Shown here in pieces: positions 49,782 through 64,000 of a stretch of 64,000 bases of DNA. The translations under genes and the position numbers were made by a program. The DNA comes from Podarcis melisellensis (taxonomy: Eukaryota): NCBI GenBank assembly GCA_964234715.1, contig OZ174280.1. One strand, given 5' to 3'. The notes below the pieces were generated by a model. That model saw only the letters and a program-made list of their open reading frames with translations, did not search any database and had not been told where the DNA came from. The first letter of the stretch is position 1. Every line of letters starts with the position of its first letter.

Positions 49782-50992
49782 GTAAAGTTTGTAGACAATA
49801 CGTTGTATGTAGCCGTGATATTTAGTCACCTTCCAGTGTTTTACTAGTGTTCATGTGGATGAGACTCATCAGAGTACCTTTCTACATAGCTACGAAGAGT
49901 ATTAACATAAATTAAAGCTATGAGGGGAGGGCAGGAAAGTGTGTGCTTAACTCTGGAAGTCTTAGGCCTTTGGGTTTTCCGTAGGAGATGTAAGCAGTTT
50001 CTCCTTTAAATCATTTAATTCACTATGTCACAAACTCATGCCCATCAATGCAGTTTGTTTTTCCTTTTGCAACATTCATGATAGGAAATGCTGAGTGCCA
50101 AATGTTTAAAGGACATGGGGGGGGGGGGAGAGAAATATATTGACAATCAACCAAAACTGTAGTATGGAAGTAATAAAGCCTTGCTATGATTTAATTGTTA
50201 GTGAATTATTGTTATATAAGCCTGGATTCTGTCTATACATTACTTATCCAAATCCACAACTATGTCCAGAGCTTGTGAAACATTTCTTTCATCCCACTCC
50301 TCCAGTTTTGAGTTTTTTTAAAAAAAATAAACTGGCCTCTTGGTTAAAATATACCCCCTGTTAGCCTAGAGCACATGTTAAAAATTAACCAGGTTATGCA
50401 CTCCATTAAATAAAAGCTGTAATGGGCAGAAAAAAGTAACAAACTCACAAAGAAAACAGCGCTGCCAAACCACTGATACAGCAATCGAGAGACAGGCCAT
50501 TGGAATTAATAAGATATGCAAGAGAATACCCATTGACTGAATAGGAGTCAGTCCATAACTAGCATTCCTCCTCTTTGCTGTCCTTCTCAAGACCATCGTT
50601 TTGTTTGGAAATTGGCCACTTAGCAATAAGGAAGCAAGAAAATGTGTAGAATGAATATGATTCAGAATGATGACATACAGAGAAGGGGCATTGCAATCCT
50701 ATTCAGATGTGTTTCATCCTGTGAGGAAGGTGTATATGAGTCTTAATTTTGAAAAGAGGATTGGCTACAAATGTGATAATATATATAAAAATGTTTCAGA
50801 CTGCTTTAAGAGATTTGCTTTGAACTGGTGTGCTGGAGCTGGAGGTGAGGCTCAGTCAGGGGTGTGAAACCTTTTTCAACCCAAGGATTTCATTCCTTTG
50901 GGTGGGTGGAGGAACACATGGCAGTGGTGGATGGGGCCTGAGGTCTCCTACCCCTGGATAAAAGCAACTGATTACTTACTCCTTTCATGTGT

Positions 50993-50997
<5 letters not shown>

Positions 50998-51037
<40 letters not shown>
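50998..51037. repeat. (CA)n microsatellite
   Basis: Pure CA run. Confidence 0.95.
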
Positions 51038-51040
<3 letters not shown>

Positions 51041-51242
51041 TAAGAAGAATAAAATTAAACCATAATACATCACAGCCTGGAAGGACCAAAAGGGCAAAGA
51101 TACAACTCAAAAGGGATAATAAGTATTAATTCATACACATATTCCCTTTACAAATATTTATTAAAAAAAATAAAAGTATGATTTAGGGTGGAACCAGATC
51201 GCTTGTCTTCAAGTCCATGTACGTTCTCATTTCTTGTCATAG

Positions 51243-51410
51243 GTAAATGGTGTTCAGCTCTATGGAAAATCCCGTCGTGAGGCAGTTTCTTTTCTTAAGG
51301 AAGTGCCTCCTCCATTTACCCTGGTTAGTTGCCGGCGCCTGTTTGATGATGGGACAGAATCCTTTGTGGACGAGCCCACAGCCATTATTGCTTGCTCTCC
51401 AGAACCAAAG
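51243..51410 (+). CDS. PATJ: PATJ coding exon 15 (PDZ4 C-half)
   Basis: gtcatag|GTA AAT GGT...CCA AAG|gtaaag; [36 protein letters not shown]... Confidence 0.96.
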
Positions 51411-51574
51411 GTAAAGCAATAACATTTTGAAACATGAAAAGAAAAGGTGAAGGGGGTGCCAACAGATGTACCTTGACTTTCGGAAGATAATGGGTTGGAT
51501 CCAGATGTGGCCCCATTGTATTCAGTGGGATTTAAATTAGTCATGAATGTACGTTCTAGTAACTCTCCTCTCCG

Positions 51575-51700
51575 CTGCTTCTGATTGAGTGCAAGAAGTT
51601 CCTGCAGACAATCGGAAGCCACACTTTGGTTTTTGAACCATTTTGGAAGTCGAACGGACTCCTGGAACAGGTTAAGTTTGACAACCAAGGTATGACTGTA
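51575..51700 (+). mobile_element. Right-end fragment of a Tc1/mariner(pogo)-type MITE
   Basis: Ends ...gtttgacaaccaaggtatgactg|TA, resembling the gaggtaccactg|TA termini of the MITEs at 40460 and 58543. Confidence 0.5.
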
Positions 51701-53578
51701 TAGAAGTGTTCGCAAGAGAGGACAGGGATTGACAAATCAATAGTAGGAATGGAAGAAAGATGATGTGGGAGAGAAAGGAAATGGAGGTATTGTTGAAGCA
51801 CTATAATCTCATCAAGGAGAATAGTAGGTCTACCAAAACAGTCTAGACTAGAGATAGTGGTTGAAGGGTTCTAGATTTCCCCTCTTAATCCATTTTATCC
51901 TGGTTTTTAAACTCTTGTGACTTCCCTTTCCTGCAAAAGCCCTGTTAATTGTAGTGTTTTGTAAGCAGAAGGGAAACCAAACACTGGTGTCAGGATCCAA
52001 AGTGTAAATGACTGGTGGTTTTTTAAAGTTCCTTTTGGGTGACAGTGGCAGCCCCACCCAAAAAGTGAGGAGACCCTTTAGAAGAGCATTTCAGGAAGCC
52101 CAGGAGCTACTACTAGAAGAGAGAGCAAGCACAGAAGCATTTTGCCACTTCCACACAGGCTTTGCTGGATCACAGCCTGCAGTTCCAAACATTCCACCAG
52201 GGGAGTCATATAACTTCTGTGCATAGTGCAGAAAACGATGGTCACAGCCTCTCTTCTTTTTTGCCTTTTCTCTGTGAACAATGAATCTGATCAGAATCTG
52301 AAATTCAGGCTTCACTGCCTTGAATTTTATGAAGCTGAGTGTGTGCTTTTGAACCAAAGCTACAACAGTACTTTAACAAATGCATCTTCCCTGAGAGATA
52401 TTTCATGTTTGTGACTTTACTACTTTCACTGTAATTGGAAACTCCTAGTGGCTTTATCTAGGCAGGTAGCTGGAAACATCATTGTACTAATGATACAAGG
52501 TATGTAAATCAATGGGCCGACATGCTGACGGTGTACATCCCATTCATCATTCTTCAGTTTAATAAGGGAGCAAAAGCTTTGAATTATACCTAGTCTCAGC
52601 TTCCCCATTAGCTGATTACTTCCATCTTGTGAACAAAGGACCTGATGCAAACTGGAAGAATACAGTTTGAGTTTAATTTTTTTCCCCAGAAGTACAGACC
52701 TTGTCTTTCAGTGCAATAAAGTGAACTTTTGCTTCTGGCTCCATGGCTCCATAATGATGTATCTTCTTGATGTCCCAGTGTCCTGCTTTGGATAGCTTAG
52801 TGATTAAGTTAAATGTTCCATTTAACTGGCAGTGCAGTGCCAATATACTTCTATGAGTTTATCAGTGGCCACTCAGATCTTTTAAAACAATGGTTTTACA
52901 CTGATATCAGGGCACTGTATAAATTCATTTGTCTCTGAGTAATACCACAGAATATGCTTTCTGAATCTTACCTTGTTCTTATTATGTGAACATCCCTGAG
53001 ATGCTGTGATGAAGGGCAGTGTATAAATTTAATTAATAATAATAATTGTGTTACGTCTAAGTCAGGGATTGTAGTTTGTTTCGGTTCTAATAAATCACAG
53101 ATAATGAGCTAAGAACAAACCTTGGCTACAGATCGCGGTTTATCTGCAGCAAAGCCAAAAACGATCCCTGGCTCAATGTAGCACTAAGCTAGGGATTGTG
53201 GTTTATTTCTTTGCAGTATGAGTGGGGAGGAGCAAAACAGGCACAATTAATTCATGCATGGTTACTGTCATGCTTTTTGGCTTACCAAGCCTCCTTGGTG
53301 AGGTCTTCCTTTTTTGACCCTGTACATGCTAAGTCTACCTTCACGTATAGGACCTCTTTCAGATTTTCAGTATAAGGAGTCATAACATTGCCTTTCAGAG
53401 TCTCCAGCTAGAAGTGCCCTTGTTTTTCCACTAAAAGCCTTGTGGGATCATGCAACTGAATATTTCATGGCCTTGTTCCTTTGTGCTTTTGCCCCTACTA
53501 TTTAAAACTATGAATTCTGGATCATTCAAAGCACTTTACGGATAGTAATCCTTGCAACAATCCTATAGTAGTCCATCA

Positions 53579-53723
53579 CAGTGGCGTAGCGTGGGGGTGC
53601 AGGGGGGGCCGGCCGCATCGGGCGCAACATCTGGGGGTTAGGGTTAGGGGGCGCAAATCCACAGGTTAGGGGGCGCAAATTACTTGCTTTGCCCGGGTGC
53701 TGACAACCCACGCTACGCCACTG
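53579..53723. mobile_element. hAT-type MITE carrying TTAGGG repeats
   Basis: 17-bp perfect TIR CAGTGGCGTAGCGTGGG; 8-bp TSD GTCCATCA (53571-53578 and 53724-53731). Confidence 0.9.
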
Positions 53724-54071
53724 GTCCATCATCATTACCCCCATATGGAAGATGGCATGCAAGATACAGTGGCCACTTACAGGGTTCCTGGCAAAGTTAA
53801 GTGTTGACCCAGGAGCCTCCAAGATCACAAGCCATATTCTTAGCTACGTTTGCATACCAGGCTTATTTTATTTTTGCTTTCCTCTCTGTGCCCTTTTACT
53901 TTTATGCATCTCATGCGACCATTGAATGTTAGTGACCTTAGCTTAAGTGAACTGAGCCAATATCTAGTTTCACAGAATGATTTAAATTCTAGTCCAGGCA
54001 CCCTCTTCAGCTTGCATATGATGGATAAATTTATCAACAGGGGGAAAAAAGCTTGATATCTTATTTCTCAG

Positions 54072-54197
54072 GTGAAACCAGGGGAGGAAGAAGAAGAGGA
54101 AGAGGTGGAGCTAGAACTTTGGTCTTCCGAAGTCAATGTCATTGAACTTGTAAAAGACACTAAGATGGGTTTAGGATTCAGCATTTTGGACTACCAG
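54072..54197 (+). CDS. PATJ: PATJ coding exon 16 (PDZ5 start); gene continues beyond the window
   Basis: tctcag|GTG AAA...TAC CAG|gtatgc; [42 protein letters not shown]. The next expected exon (DPLDP...) was not found before 64000. Confidence 0.95.
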
Positions 54198-56080
54198 GTA
54201 TGCTGTGCATCTGTGATGATTAATTGCCTTCAATCCTTATTGCATTTACGGTTGTGCCTTAGTATTCCCTGTACGTTTTGTTGACATGACCTTTGCATCT
54301 TAGCAAAGAGCTGAGTTGGTTCTTTTGCAGTTTTTGTTTTTAAGTCTCAAAAACCTTCTGTGTAGATACATGACCTGTTTTTAAATAGCTAATAAAAACT
54401 ATTATCCATTGTTATGGATTGGTGTAGTGAAATAATAATAGGAAGAAGCAGAAGAAGCAGAAGAAGAAGCCATGATTTAATAAACAAAATAATAATCTCT
54501 AAGAAGCATGCTTTGGCTTCTATCTCTAGTTCAGAAGTGTGCAGTATGTGCTTCCAGGTCTGCCTCTTGCCTACTGCCTAATCTTACATGGTCCACAACA
54601 TTCCCTCCCACTGATCAGCTGAGCTGAGCACTGGGGAAAAATGGGTGATGCTCCAAATGAACATCAGCTTTTCTCTGCAGTCCTGCTTCCTTTTCTCCTC
54701 CCTCTCTCAGTTCCCTTCCACTGTTAATGAGCCTGACTGGATTACTTCGTACAATTTATAGCTCAATCTGAAAAATTGCTTTATTCACAATTAAAAGACT
54801 GGGATGTCTTTATCTAAGTAGTTTCCCCCCCAGTATTGTTTAGGGCATCAGGCCTCAGAAAGAACCCCATACTTGAAACTTTGGAGAGCTGTTGCAAATC
54901 ATGATATACAGTATATCACTGGGCTAGACAGGCCAATGGCTTGACTCAGTGCAAGGTAACTTTGTATGGTCATTGCAAAGCAGGGTATTATATTAGCTTC
55001 AAAAATTGCTATTATTGCTGCTGTATGAATACTGTTACATAGTTCAATAGCAAACGCAAAAGTTTTGAACTGGATTATTTATTTCCTGTTCCAAGGAGTA
55101 TTGTGTTAATTTTTTAATGGAAAGAATAACAAGCCAAAGGAAAGCTTTGTGTTATTTAGGAGAAAATAGGACAATAATAGAATTTCAGAACTGGAAATGG
55201 TGACATCAAGTTTGAACATCATAGTGAAACATAGTCCCCTTTTTAGAAATCTGTAACAAAGAATGTTCTGGTAATTACAGAAAGCTTGTGCACAATCTCC
55301 ATAAAAGCTCAATTTTGTCAGCGTAAAATGAAAGTTGTTGCATTTTGAAAATAGTTGAAACTAAAATTTGTCTGAGCAAAGTTTACCAGGCATAGAAAAT
55401 AGTGTACGCTGCTGATGTCATCAATATGATATTTTTAAAGGCTCCAACTAAGGAATGTAGTTAACTGTTTGCCGTAACACACTGCGTATATAAGTGCTGT
55501 CTAAATGCTTTTGTTTAATAAGACAAATATGTCAAAGGATATAGAAATCTATAATACTTTTACAAAATAAGACACAAACTGGGGACGGATTCAAGACAAA
55601 TACTTGAGACGTGCTTGTGAAAAGTTTTTTTCCCCTTGACATATTTTATGTTTCAGAGGGGGGTCCCAAATGTTTACAGTATATCTACCTACTATCCTTT
55701 GCAGAGGGCAATAATATGCAGACTTGCTTTTATATTTTTGTATGATCAGAATTAATGGAGGCTTTAATAACAGTTTTTATTTACTTACCGATGCAAATAC
55801 ATTGGCAAGGAATAGGATGCAGCTAAATTTGAATTATTTGAAATGGGCTGTAAGCCATTTAATTTTAGATCTTCCATCATTTTAAGATATTGGTTTATAA
55901 AGTGCAGTGTGTCCTTGCTGAGCTACTAAGCTTTTTATGGTGCATATCTATTAATGAGGTATATTCAGTCACAGTAACTCTTTTGATAGGCCATGGGGAG
56001 GGGGGCAAATTAATATATGCAACTAGAATTGGCCCACGGGACTGGAGTGACCCGTGGAAAACTAAATTATTGCCTTAGCC

Positions 56081-56385
56081 CAGGAATGGCTAACCTGTGG
56101 CCCTGTAGTTGTTGTTGGACTATAACTCCCATCATCACTCACCACTAGCTATGGTTGCTGGGACTGGTAGGAGCTGAGAGTCCAACATTTTGAAGGATCA
56201 GGTGTTTTCCATCTCTGACCTAGCCCATGCTTACCTGACCTCTGTAGTATTTTGCACTTGCTTCTCCACTTCCATCAATCTGTAAGCCAGCCTTCACCAA
56301 CACAATGTTCTGGACTATAAAACAGGGGCTGATGGGAGTTGTAGTCCAAAGCATTGAGAGGGCATCTAATAGGCAAAGGCTCTCT
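56081..56385. mobile_element. Two degenerate hAT-type MITE copies
   Basis: ggactataactcccatcatc and gatgggagttgtagtccaaa motifs of the 9306-9441 family. Confidence 0.55.
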
Positions 56386-58542
56386 AAGCACTAACCTACC
56401 CTATGATACCACCTTGGGTGTATATATTGGATAATGCACATAATAGCTTACAGGCACTGCTTTTCTCTCTCCTTCTCAGCCATATTCTTACAAATGCTTT
56501 TTAATGTATTTTTTATTAACCTCTTCTCTTTCTTCCTGTAACCAAGGTTGCTTCCACACAAGGGCCCTTTGGCGATGCTGAGGCACTGCCATTTTTGCAA
56601 TCAGCTGGAAGTCTTGGTAGCAGTAGACCATAGATGCTTCTTGGAAATTGGAATGATTGGAGGGTAGGGATTTCCCTGAGTCAGGGCTCTGGAAAGAAAT
56701 GTTTCTTTTCCAGCTTCCAGGGACTATTGGAGGAGATGCTATATGAATGCAGTCACAGTGATTCTCATGACTGCATAGCTTGGCGGGGGGTGGAACATGG
56801 CTAATGGCTAATCAGTGAAAACAAAATGAAACTACTGGGGGGAAATTATTCAGTGTTAGACACCTTTCCTGCTGTATCTTTGCAACCATATCCTTGCTGT
56901 AGATGTTTATGTTACCTCCAGATTAGATGTTGTAATTGCTCTATGTGGAGCCACATTTGAAATTCAGCAGCATAGCTTTTGACTGGTATTAACTGCTATA
57001 AGCATGTTTAATGTTACGAGCTACTCAGCTGATTACTACTCTCAATTCAAGATGGCGGTTAGCTACTTAAAGTTCTGAGCATCCAGATTTGGGATAATTC
57101 AGGGAGCAGCTCTGTTATGAATAGCCCATGTTTTCAAGAGGGTTCTAAAGGGTACACAGTACTGGCACCTCTTTTTTGTTGTTGTTGTTAAAAAGTGTGA
57201 CACTTCCTGTAACAACTTCATTGTTAGCACCAACACCTATTTTTCTATTAAAAAGCAATCTTTGACCACCCAATGAGATCCTATGATAGATGTATTTGCC
57301 TTCAGATACCAGATTGATATCTGCTAGGAGCAGGGCTGCCCACACAATATCAACTTGTTTTCCATGCAAGCTAGCTCTATTGCAACATTTAGATATTGAG
57401 TTGATGTTGCTGATTGGTCAGGAATTTGAAGTCTGAAGGGCTATGAAGTATTATATTCTGCTTCTGTTTTCAGCAGCGCTTTTATTTTTGGTGGTTTTAG
57501 TATTGCTATGGTTGTTTAATAGAAAAACATGGCAAAACATAAAATGTTTAATTTATTTATGTTACACTGTAGCCGTTGGCCCTTTGGGCACTCCTTGTAA
57601 GCTGTAACTTGGCTGGCTCCTTCTGACTTTTCTGCACAACTGCAGACATGCACTCAGCCAAAGACTGTTTTGTCTGTACACTGTGGTGTTTGTGTGGTCT
57701 GGGCCATCATATCAGACAAAGTTAGACAGAAGAAATGGTGGCTACAGAGAAACTGCCCAAATGGAAAGGGTGGACCATATGTTTTGCCTCTAAAGCTTAC
57801 TGGAAAAAATATCTGCTCTTTCCAGCAGCATTTGCAATATATCATTATATATTAAAGTGAGTAAATGGCATCCGTTGTGACATTTGTATGGCCGATAACT
57901 TAATTTAAAAGTTTTATACTGTGTGAGATAATTAATGAGCTCTAATATCTCTTTGCTGTAATTACATAATAAATCACACACAGTAAAACTCACTTTTGCA
58001 AAGCAGGACAGAGGTTTATTACTGGGAGAACAAAGGCCATATCTGAGGCTTTCTGTATTTCTGGAATTCTTAGCCGTTCCTCACTCGTCTGCCTTTTCCA
58101 GTATTCTGCTCTTAACTGTGAGCAACACCAGATGAGCTTTTGGAAGGCGAAGGGAATCCCAAAATGGGTGGTTTGGGAATAATTTGCCTGTAGGCTTTAG
58201 TTTTATAGGGATGTCAGAAAGAATCTGCAGTTGTTTTTTCCCCATTTTGCATAAACATTTGAAACGTTCTTATAGTTTAGGGTGTAATTTTAGTTGCTGG
58301 ATAGTTGGCTGTCCAGCATGTTATGTGCACAACCTCCAAAGCTTCACACAGGGGAAAATGAGGACTTGCCTGCAATGTGCCTATTCCTGTGGCAAGGGTT
58401 GTTTTACGGAAGGCTCTTTGCTCTCCGGCATTATTCATTGGCTTAGCAGATTTATTGGGGTGGGGATAAAGTCAAGAGCACAATAGTGGTTCTTTTGGCA
58501 AAAGAAATAATGGTAAATATAGGATACTATCAATTCAAAATA

Positions 58543-58757
58543 CAGTGGTACCTCTGATTACGTACTTAATTCGTTCCGGAGGTCTGTTCTGAACCTGAAA
58601 CCGTTCTTAACCTGAGGTACCACTTTAGCTAATGGGGCCTCCCACTGCTGCCGCACAGTTTCTGTTCTCATCCTGAGGTAAAGTTCTTAACCCGAGGTAC
58701 TACTTCCGGGTTAGCAGAGTCTGTAACCCGAAGTGTTTGTAACCTGAGGTACCACTG
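58543..58757. mobile_element. Tc1/mariner(pogo)-type MITE
   Basis: TA|CAGTGGTACCTC ... GAGGTACCACTG|TA; homologous to 40460-40701. Confidence 0.88.
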
Positions 58758-60893
58758 TATACCTTGGCATCAGCAGTATGTGAAGTGGAAGGCTATGTAT
58801 CCTAGGGTTTCATGCTTGTGCCATTACTGACATGTTCACCTAGCTGGGGATGCAACCAGCTACCCACTCAAAGGGTTTCACTTCTAGAGATAAGGATGCT
58901 ACCATTTCATACTGTGTTTTAAAAAGAAAAAAGAAACAAAACATTCTCCCTTAAGAGAGAATGATGTACCAGGGGCAGGGATTAAAAAACAGGGGATGTT
59001 CCTGATAAATAAGGGGTGGTTGGAAGAGATGTTTATGTGCTCTCCTTTGTATTGGATCATTTTTTTCAGAGAACTCCCTTTCTATATCAGTACTCTGGGT
59101 CCTTCATGACCTCTAGGAGGAAAGAAGGTTGCTTTGGCATAATTCTGGATTCATTGCTGTCATGGAGGCATGGGTGGTCTCCATGCCATGGAATGTTTTC
59201 TACCTGCTTAGGCTGTTGACCCAACTCTGCCTCTGCGTGGGTGGAAATACCTTGCCAGAGACTGGCAGGGCCCTGATGAATGTGTGGCAAAGACAGGGGT
59301 GGTGGTGGTGGAGGCTGACCCAGGAGAAGGGACCAATGATTTATGACGTTTGGTGCCACCTGTGAGGCAGGAGCCAGGGTGGGAGGAAAAGGAAATGCCC
59401 AAGCAGTGTGATGTGGGGAATGGGGTGTAGGACATGTCAGAAGTCGTGGTATGCGGTCACTGGTCTAGGAGGACTAGACTAGTACCCAAAATGTTCCCCT
59501 GGCACATCCTTCCAAAAGCCTGGGAAGCTTCTGCCCCCCTTAGGGAGAGAGGTGCAATGGTTTTGGAAAAATGACCTTGCAGGATAAATTTGAGCCCATG
59601 CTGTGCCTAATTAGGCCTGTAGATTGTAGTATTTTCAGTGGGAACAGTTTTAACATCTTTGAGCTTGTGATTTGCTTTTAGCTGATGGTTTCTTCACTGT
59701 TTATTTATGTTGACTGATGTATTTTAAAAGTTTTATGTTGTTTCTTTGGCATGTTTTTTTCTATATAACATAAATTGCTTTGGAGGCATTATTTGTGTTA
59801 GGTGACCTATAAATTTTAATTTAATCTACTGAACCAATAGGCCAGTTGATAACTCAGGATTTTTGTGGTGTTGCAAGATGCAGCACAAACCTACATCTGC
59901 TGGTTCCCCCATGCCTGGTAATTAAATGTGGGATGGTGTTAAATCTAATATTCTGGCCAAATTCTAGGTTGAGTAATATTCTCTGGCTCCCTTATTTTTT
60001 CTCTCCACCATTCTGTTTGGATGAGTAGCTCACCTCCTAACTAACTTTTATGTAGTGTTGCTGGCGAATTCATAGATGACTTCATTTTACTTGATCTGTA
60101 GACTTAAAGTTATTTTTCATATAAAGTTCATAAAGGGCTTTGGACAGAAGGTGCTGTAGAAATGGATGCTATTTGCCAACAGTATGCAAGTGTTTTGCTT
60201 ATTAGTAATCTTTGTGAAAATCAATTATTTACCATACATTACACAAAATGGAGTCTATGAAAGAGAACAAGTCTCTAATGAGCAAACCTCAAAAATTAGA
60301 AGTTTGGAAATCAGATATGATCCAGACTGGAGTTTCAATCTCTTGTTAAGAATAAGATTATAGAACTGGAAAGATAAATGAGCTTTTTTATAAATGTACT
60401 TTGACCGCACAAATGTGATATGTAGTGCTCTTACTGGGTGTATGGTTTGGCAAGTTTTCACTTAGTTTCCAGCCTAAAATTCTAACGATTTCCCCTAGTC
60501 TACAATTTTAACAGCTTCACATTTGTTTTTATTCAATTTCTGTCCGATCAGATATGTTAAAGGCACTATCCTTAATGTATGGAAAACTAAGCTCTGTGGA
60601 AAATGCATTTAGCTGTAGGATTAATGGTAAAGCCAGGTATATTATCAAATCATTCAACATAATACAACACCAATCAATAATACTTGAAACATTGCTGGGC
60701 TTGTTTCTATCACTAAACTAAAGATGGTGGGGATTGAACCTGGAACTTTTCTGCATGCAAAATTATTAATAAGCTGATTTATGTTTCTTAATGCTCTTTG
60801 GTAAGATTCTCTGTTGCTTGCTCTGCCCAAGTTCCAGCTTTAAATATTTTTGTTAACCACACAGTGCTCTAACATCTTTGCCCTTATGTAATT

Positions 60894-61266
60894 GGGACGC
60901 GGGTGGCACTGTGGTTTAAACCACTGTGCTGCTTGGGCTTGCCAGTTGGAAGGTCAGTGGTTCGAATCCCCATGATGGGGTGAGCTCCCATTGCTTGGAC
61001 CCAGCTCCTGCCAACCTGGCATTTCGAAAGCACGCAGTGCAAGTAAATAAATAGGTACCGCTCCTGCGGGAAGGTAAACAGCATTTCCTTGCGCTGCCTT
61101 GGCTTTGTCAGAAGTGGCTTAGTCATGCTGGCCACATGACCTGGAAAAACTGTCAGCGGAAGCGGACAAATGCCAGCTCCCCCGGCCTGTAAAGCGAGAT
61201 GAGTGCCGCAACCCCAGAGTTGTTCCCGATTGGACTTAACTGTCACGGGTACCTTTACCTTTACCT
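60894..61266 (+). mobile_element. Sauria SINE (Squam1-type), full length
   Basis: gggacgcgggtggcactgtggtttaaacc head, B box ggttcgaatcc, gtcatgctggccacatgacc, (ACCTTT)n tail. Confidence 0.92.
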
Positions 61267-64000
61267 AATTATTAGCATAAGGAGCAGAGGTGCCATTAAA
61301 GCATGGAAGCCAGTCTCGTTCACACTATACATGGCTTCCCCCAAAGAATCCTGGGAATTCTAATTAGTTAAGGGTCCTGGCTTCACAATCCCAGCACCCT
61401 TAACAAAGTACAATTCCCAGGTTTCTCCAGGACTTTAAAGTTGTGTAATAGAGCTTTAAAAGTATGGTGTTAACCTTTATCCTTTTTCAGCGGTTGATTT
61501 GTTGCTTCCATATCCCCCCCCCCCCCCGTCAGTCTGTCTTGTCTATCTGCACTTGTTGCTGCTAGATGCATATCAAGGATGCAATGTTCTTGGGATCTCA
61601 GGCTGGTTCTACTAATTTGGTAACTTGGGCAGTATCTTTTTCTTCCTAGGCTTCCTCAAGTGAATACTATCAAAAAGGATATAAAACTCAGAGCCAAGGT
61701 TTGGCTACTAACTAATGGATCAGTAGCTGAAGCAAGCCGCCTTCTTTCCCTTGTTAACGTTCCAGGCTTTATAGTGTCCGCGGCTGGCTTTAGGTTTGCA
61801 ATGTCAAAAATCTCATCCACTGGTTTTAGATTTGTATAAAATTCTACAAGGACAGCTGGCCTGAGATTTTTTCAGGTCTGCAGGGGGGGGAGGGGCAGAA
61901 AAATGCCCAGGATAGGATATGGAATATCACCAAAGGAAGTTCTGGCCTAAAGGGAGCACACAGCTTGGATGGAGGAAAGGCGCAGGTGGTTTTAGAAAAG
62001 CCTGTTTGAAAGGATGGCTGGAAGATATTCAGGAATTGATTCTAGACAGAAGAAATGGATTGAGTGGAAAGCGATTTTATTCTTGAGGTATGGAAATAGC
62101 CCTGATGTAGCTTGAGTAAACTGGCTTTTGATCAGGGTGGCCGGTGAATGTTGGATCAAATCCACTTCATGAATCTCATGTTCCAACTTAGTTCATTCGT
62201 GCCTATCCTGGCAAATACCCCAGGTACTTTTTCATCCACCTTTCAGAAACAATCCAGCAAATATGTGACGGCTGTTTTAATCATTACATGCCCTCTTTGG
62301 AGAGGGCGGCAACATCCAGGTGCCCATTGGGCCTGGTGGGGCAGAGGGCATGTGACCAAATGGTAGGCAGAACCAGGGAATAGGTAAAGCTGGAACAAAA
62401 TGGTTCCACAAACCCATTCCACGTTTGGCAGAGTGGTAGGATTTGGAGAGAAGTAACTTCCCCAAGAAACTATGTACAGACTGCGGTCTATACAGGCATC
62501 TCTTCACTTGTGCACGATTGTGTATATAATTAAATAGTTTAATTCATACCTGGAAATGGAATGAGAGAGCTGGAGAGAGGCTGAAGAGATAGCCTGAAGA
62601 GGACTTCAGCGAGGGCAGAGAAGAGACTGGAGGCACAGCAGGGCTTTTTCTTTAGGCCCCTCAGCCTTCCCACCTGGTAGCACAGCAGAAGCACTCCTGC
62701 CCGCCCCAGAGTTTCAATTCCAGTTGTGGATATTTTTAGTACAGTATTATTATTATTTTGGAGAGTAGTATTTTGGAGAGGGAGTGGCAGAGGGCATTTA
62801 AAGAGTGTTAAGAGGGTGTTCCCCACTTATGCGCATCACACACCGGAACGTAACACCCACATAAGTGGGGAGTTGCTTATACATGCTTACATAAGAGTAA
62901 GCCCCAAGGAACTCAATTGAACCTACTTCTGAATAGTCCTGCAGAGAATTGCTCTGTATAGCCCATCAATACCTCAGGTTCCCACTTCTATACAACAATT
63001 AAAGTTGCAGAAGCCGCCTGCCTAGTTTTGCATCTGACCATCCTCTGTCTCTTACGTTTGCTCAGTTCATGCTTTCACTTGCCCCCCTCCCTTTCTAAGA
63101 TTGCAGACTTTATGCATCTTTACATGGAAATAAGCCCCAGTGAGCTTGGTGGGATTTCTCCCCCAACAGATAGATATATAAGACAGGGTTGGGGAACCAT
63201 TTTGGCTCCTTGGGTCAGATGCTTACCAACATCTGACGTGCACACCAAATCTGACACGTGGCAAGGCTCCCCACCTGTCAATCATGTGACATCATTGTAT
63301 TGAAACATAACTGACAGGCGGTTTTGTTCTGATCTTAAAAGGAAAGTGGGAGGCGGCTTGCAAATCTCATGTCAATCTTTAAAGATTGATAGATATCACT
63401 TTGATTTGCTGGTGTTCCATGCAGATACTGCTTGCTATATATAAACACACACACGTAGGCAAGCTCTGCAGAATAAGTCACGGCAATAATCCAACATTAT
63501 CATGAACTTGCCACTACTTAATACTTCTCTTGTGTTGTGCTTGGGACTATTGGTAACATGAACAGCAGTTTTAAACCACACATTTTTTGGCGAAAATCAA
63601 ATACGTTGGTCCTCTGAATGAATGAATTTGGGGATTTCATTCGGCAAATGTACATGGTTGACAACCTCTCCCATAGCAAACCAGTCCAAATGATTACCAG
63701 ATTAAAATAGCATTTGAACATCTGCCACAGGAACACCAATAATTCTATTGTTGCTGCTTTGACACCAGTTAAATATGATTTCCGAAAGCATCTGTAGTTG
63801 GGCCAAGTGGGATTGCCAATCTTGGCAAGGGTTAGGCTTCTGTTCCTAAGGAGTTGCTTTAAAGTACAGTGTGTCTCCTTGGATATCCTTTTTTACTTTA
63901 GTATATATACTTCTTTCAGTTAGAAGGTCTTTGGTTTGAGAGAGGGTGGATGAAGAAAATTTGAAAAGGTTATTTCAACCCCACAAATTGAAACTGGATT

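Noticed and set aside
51241-51248. AG|GTAAAT as a recursive splice site
   Set aside because: Explained by the coding sequence V-N-G of the PDZ domain; the intron is short.
54198-64000. Further PATJ exons or a nested gene
   Set aside because: No DPLDP-like PDZ5 continuation or credible spliced ORF found; content is intronic with repeats.

Overview
Vertebrate genomic DNA, most likely from a squamate (lizard), inferred from two Sauria SINEs and CR1/L2/Penelope/hAT repeats. Two genes lie head-to-head. TM2D1 is on the minus strand with a complete CDS: 6 coding exons across 14666-25668, 621 nt, 206 aa. PATJ/INADL is on the plus strand with 16 coding exons across 29578-54197, 700 codons, covering L27, PDZ1-4 and the start of PDZ5; it continues beyond the window. 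Every coding exon was placed by hand from splice signals and frame continuity. Nearly all other entries in the ORF track are spurious or repeat-derived. I cannot demonstrate a new biological system. The most interesting signals are at the RNA level: an AT-AC minor-spliceosome intron in TM2D1, a minimal hammerhead ribozyme motif in a Penelope-like element end, several unusual PATJ splice acceptors (a 36-nt duplicated acceptor, a possible TG acceptor, a NAGNAG, and a stop-free 90-nt intron), two tRNA/CR1 SINEs with the same tail but different tRNA heads, a perfect-hairpin MITE, and a MITE carrying telomeric repeats. Comparisons to human proteins and RNAs are from memory, not from a database search.
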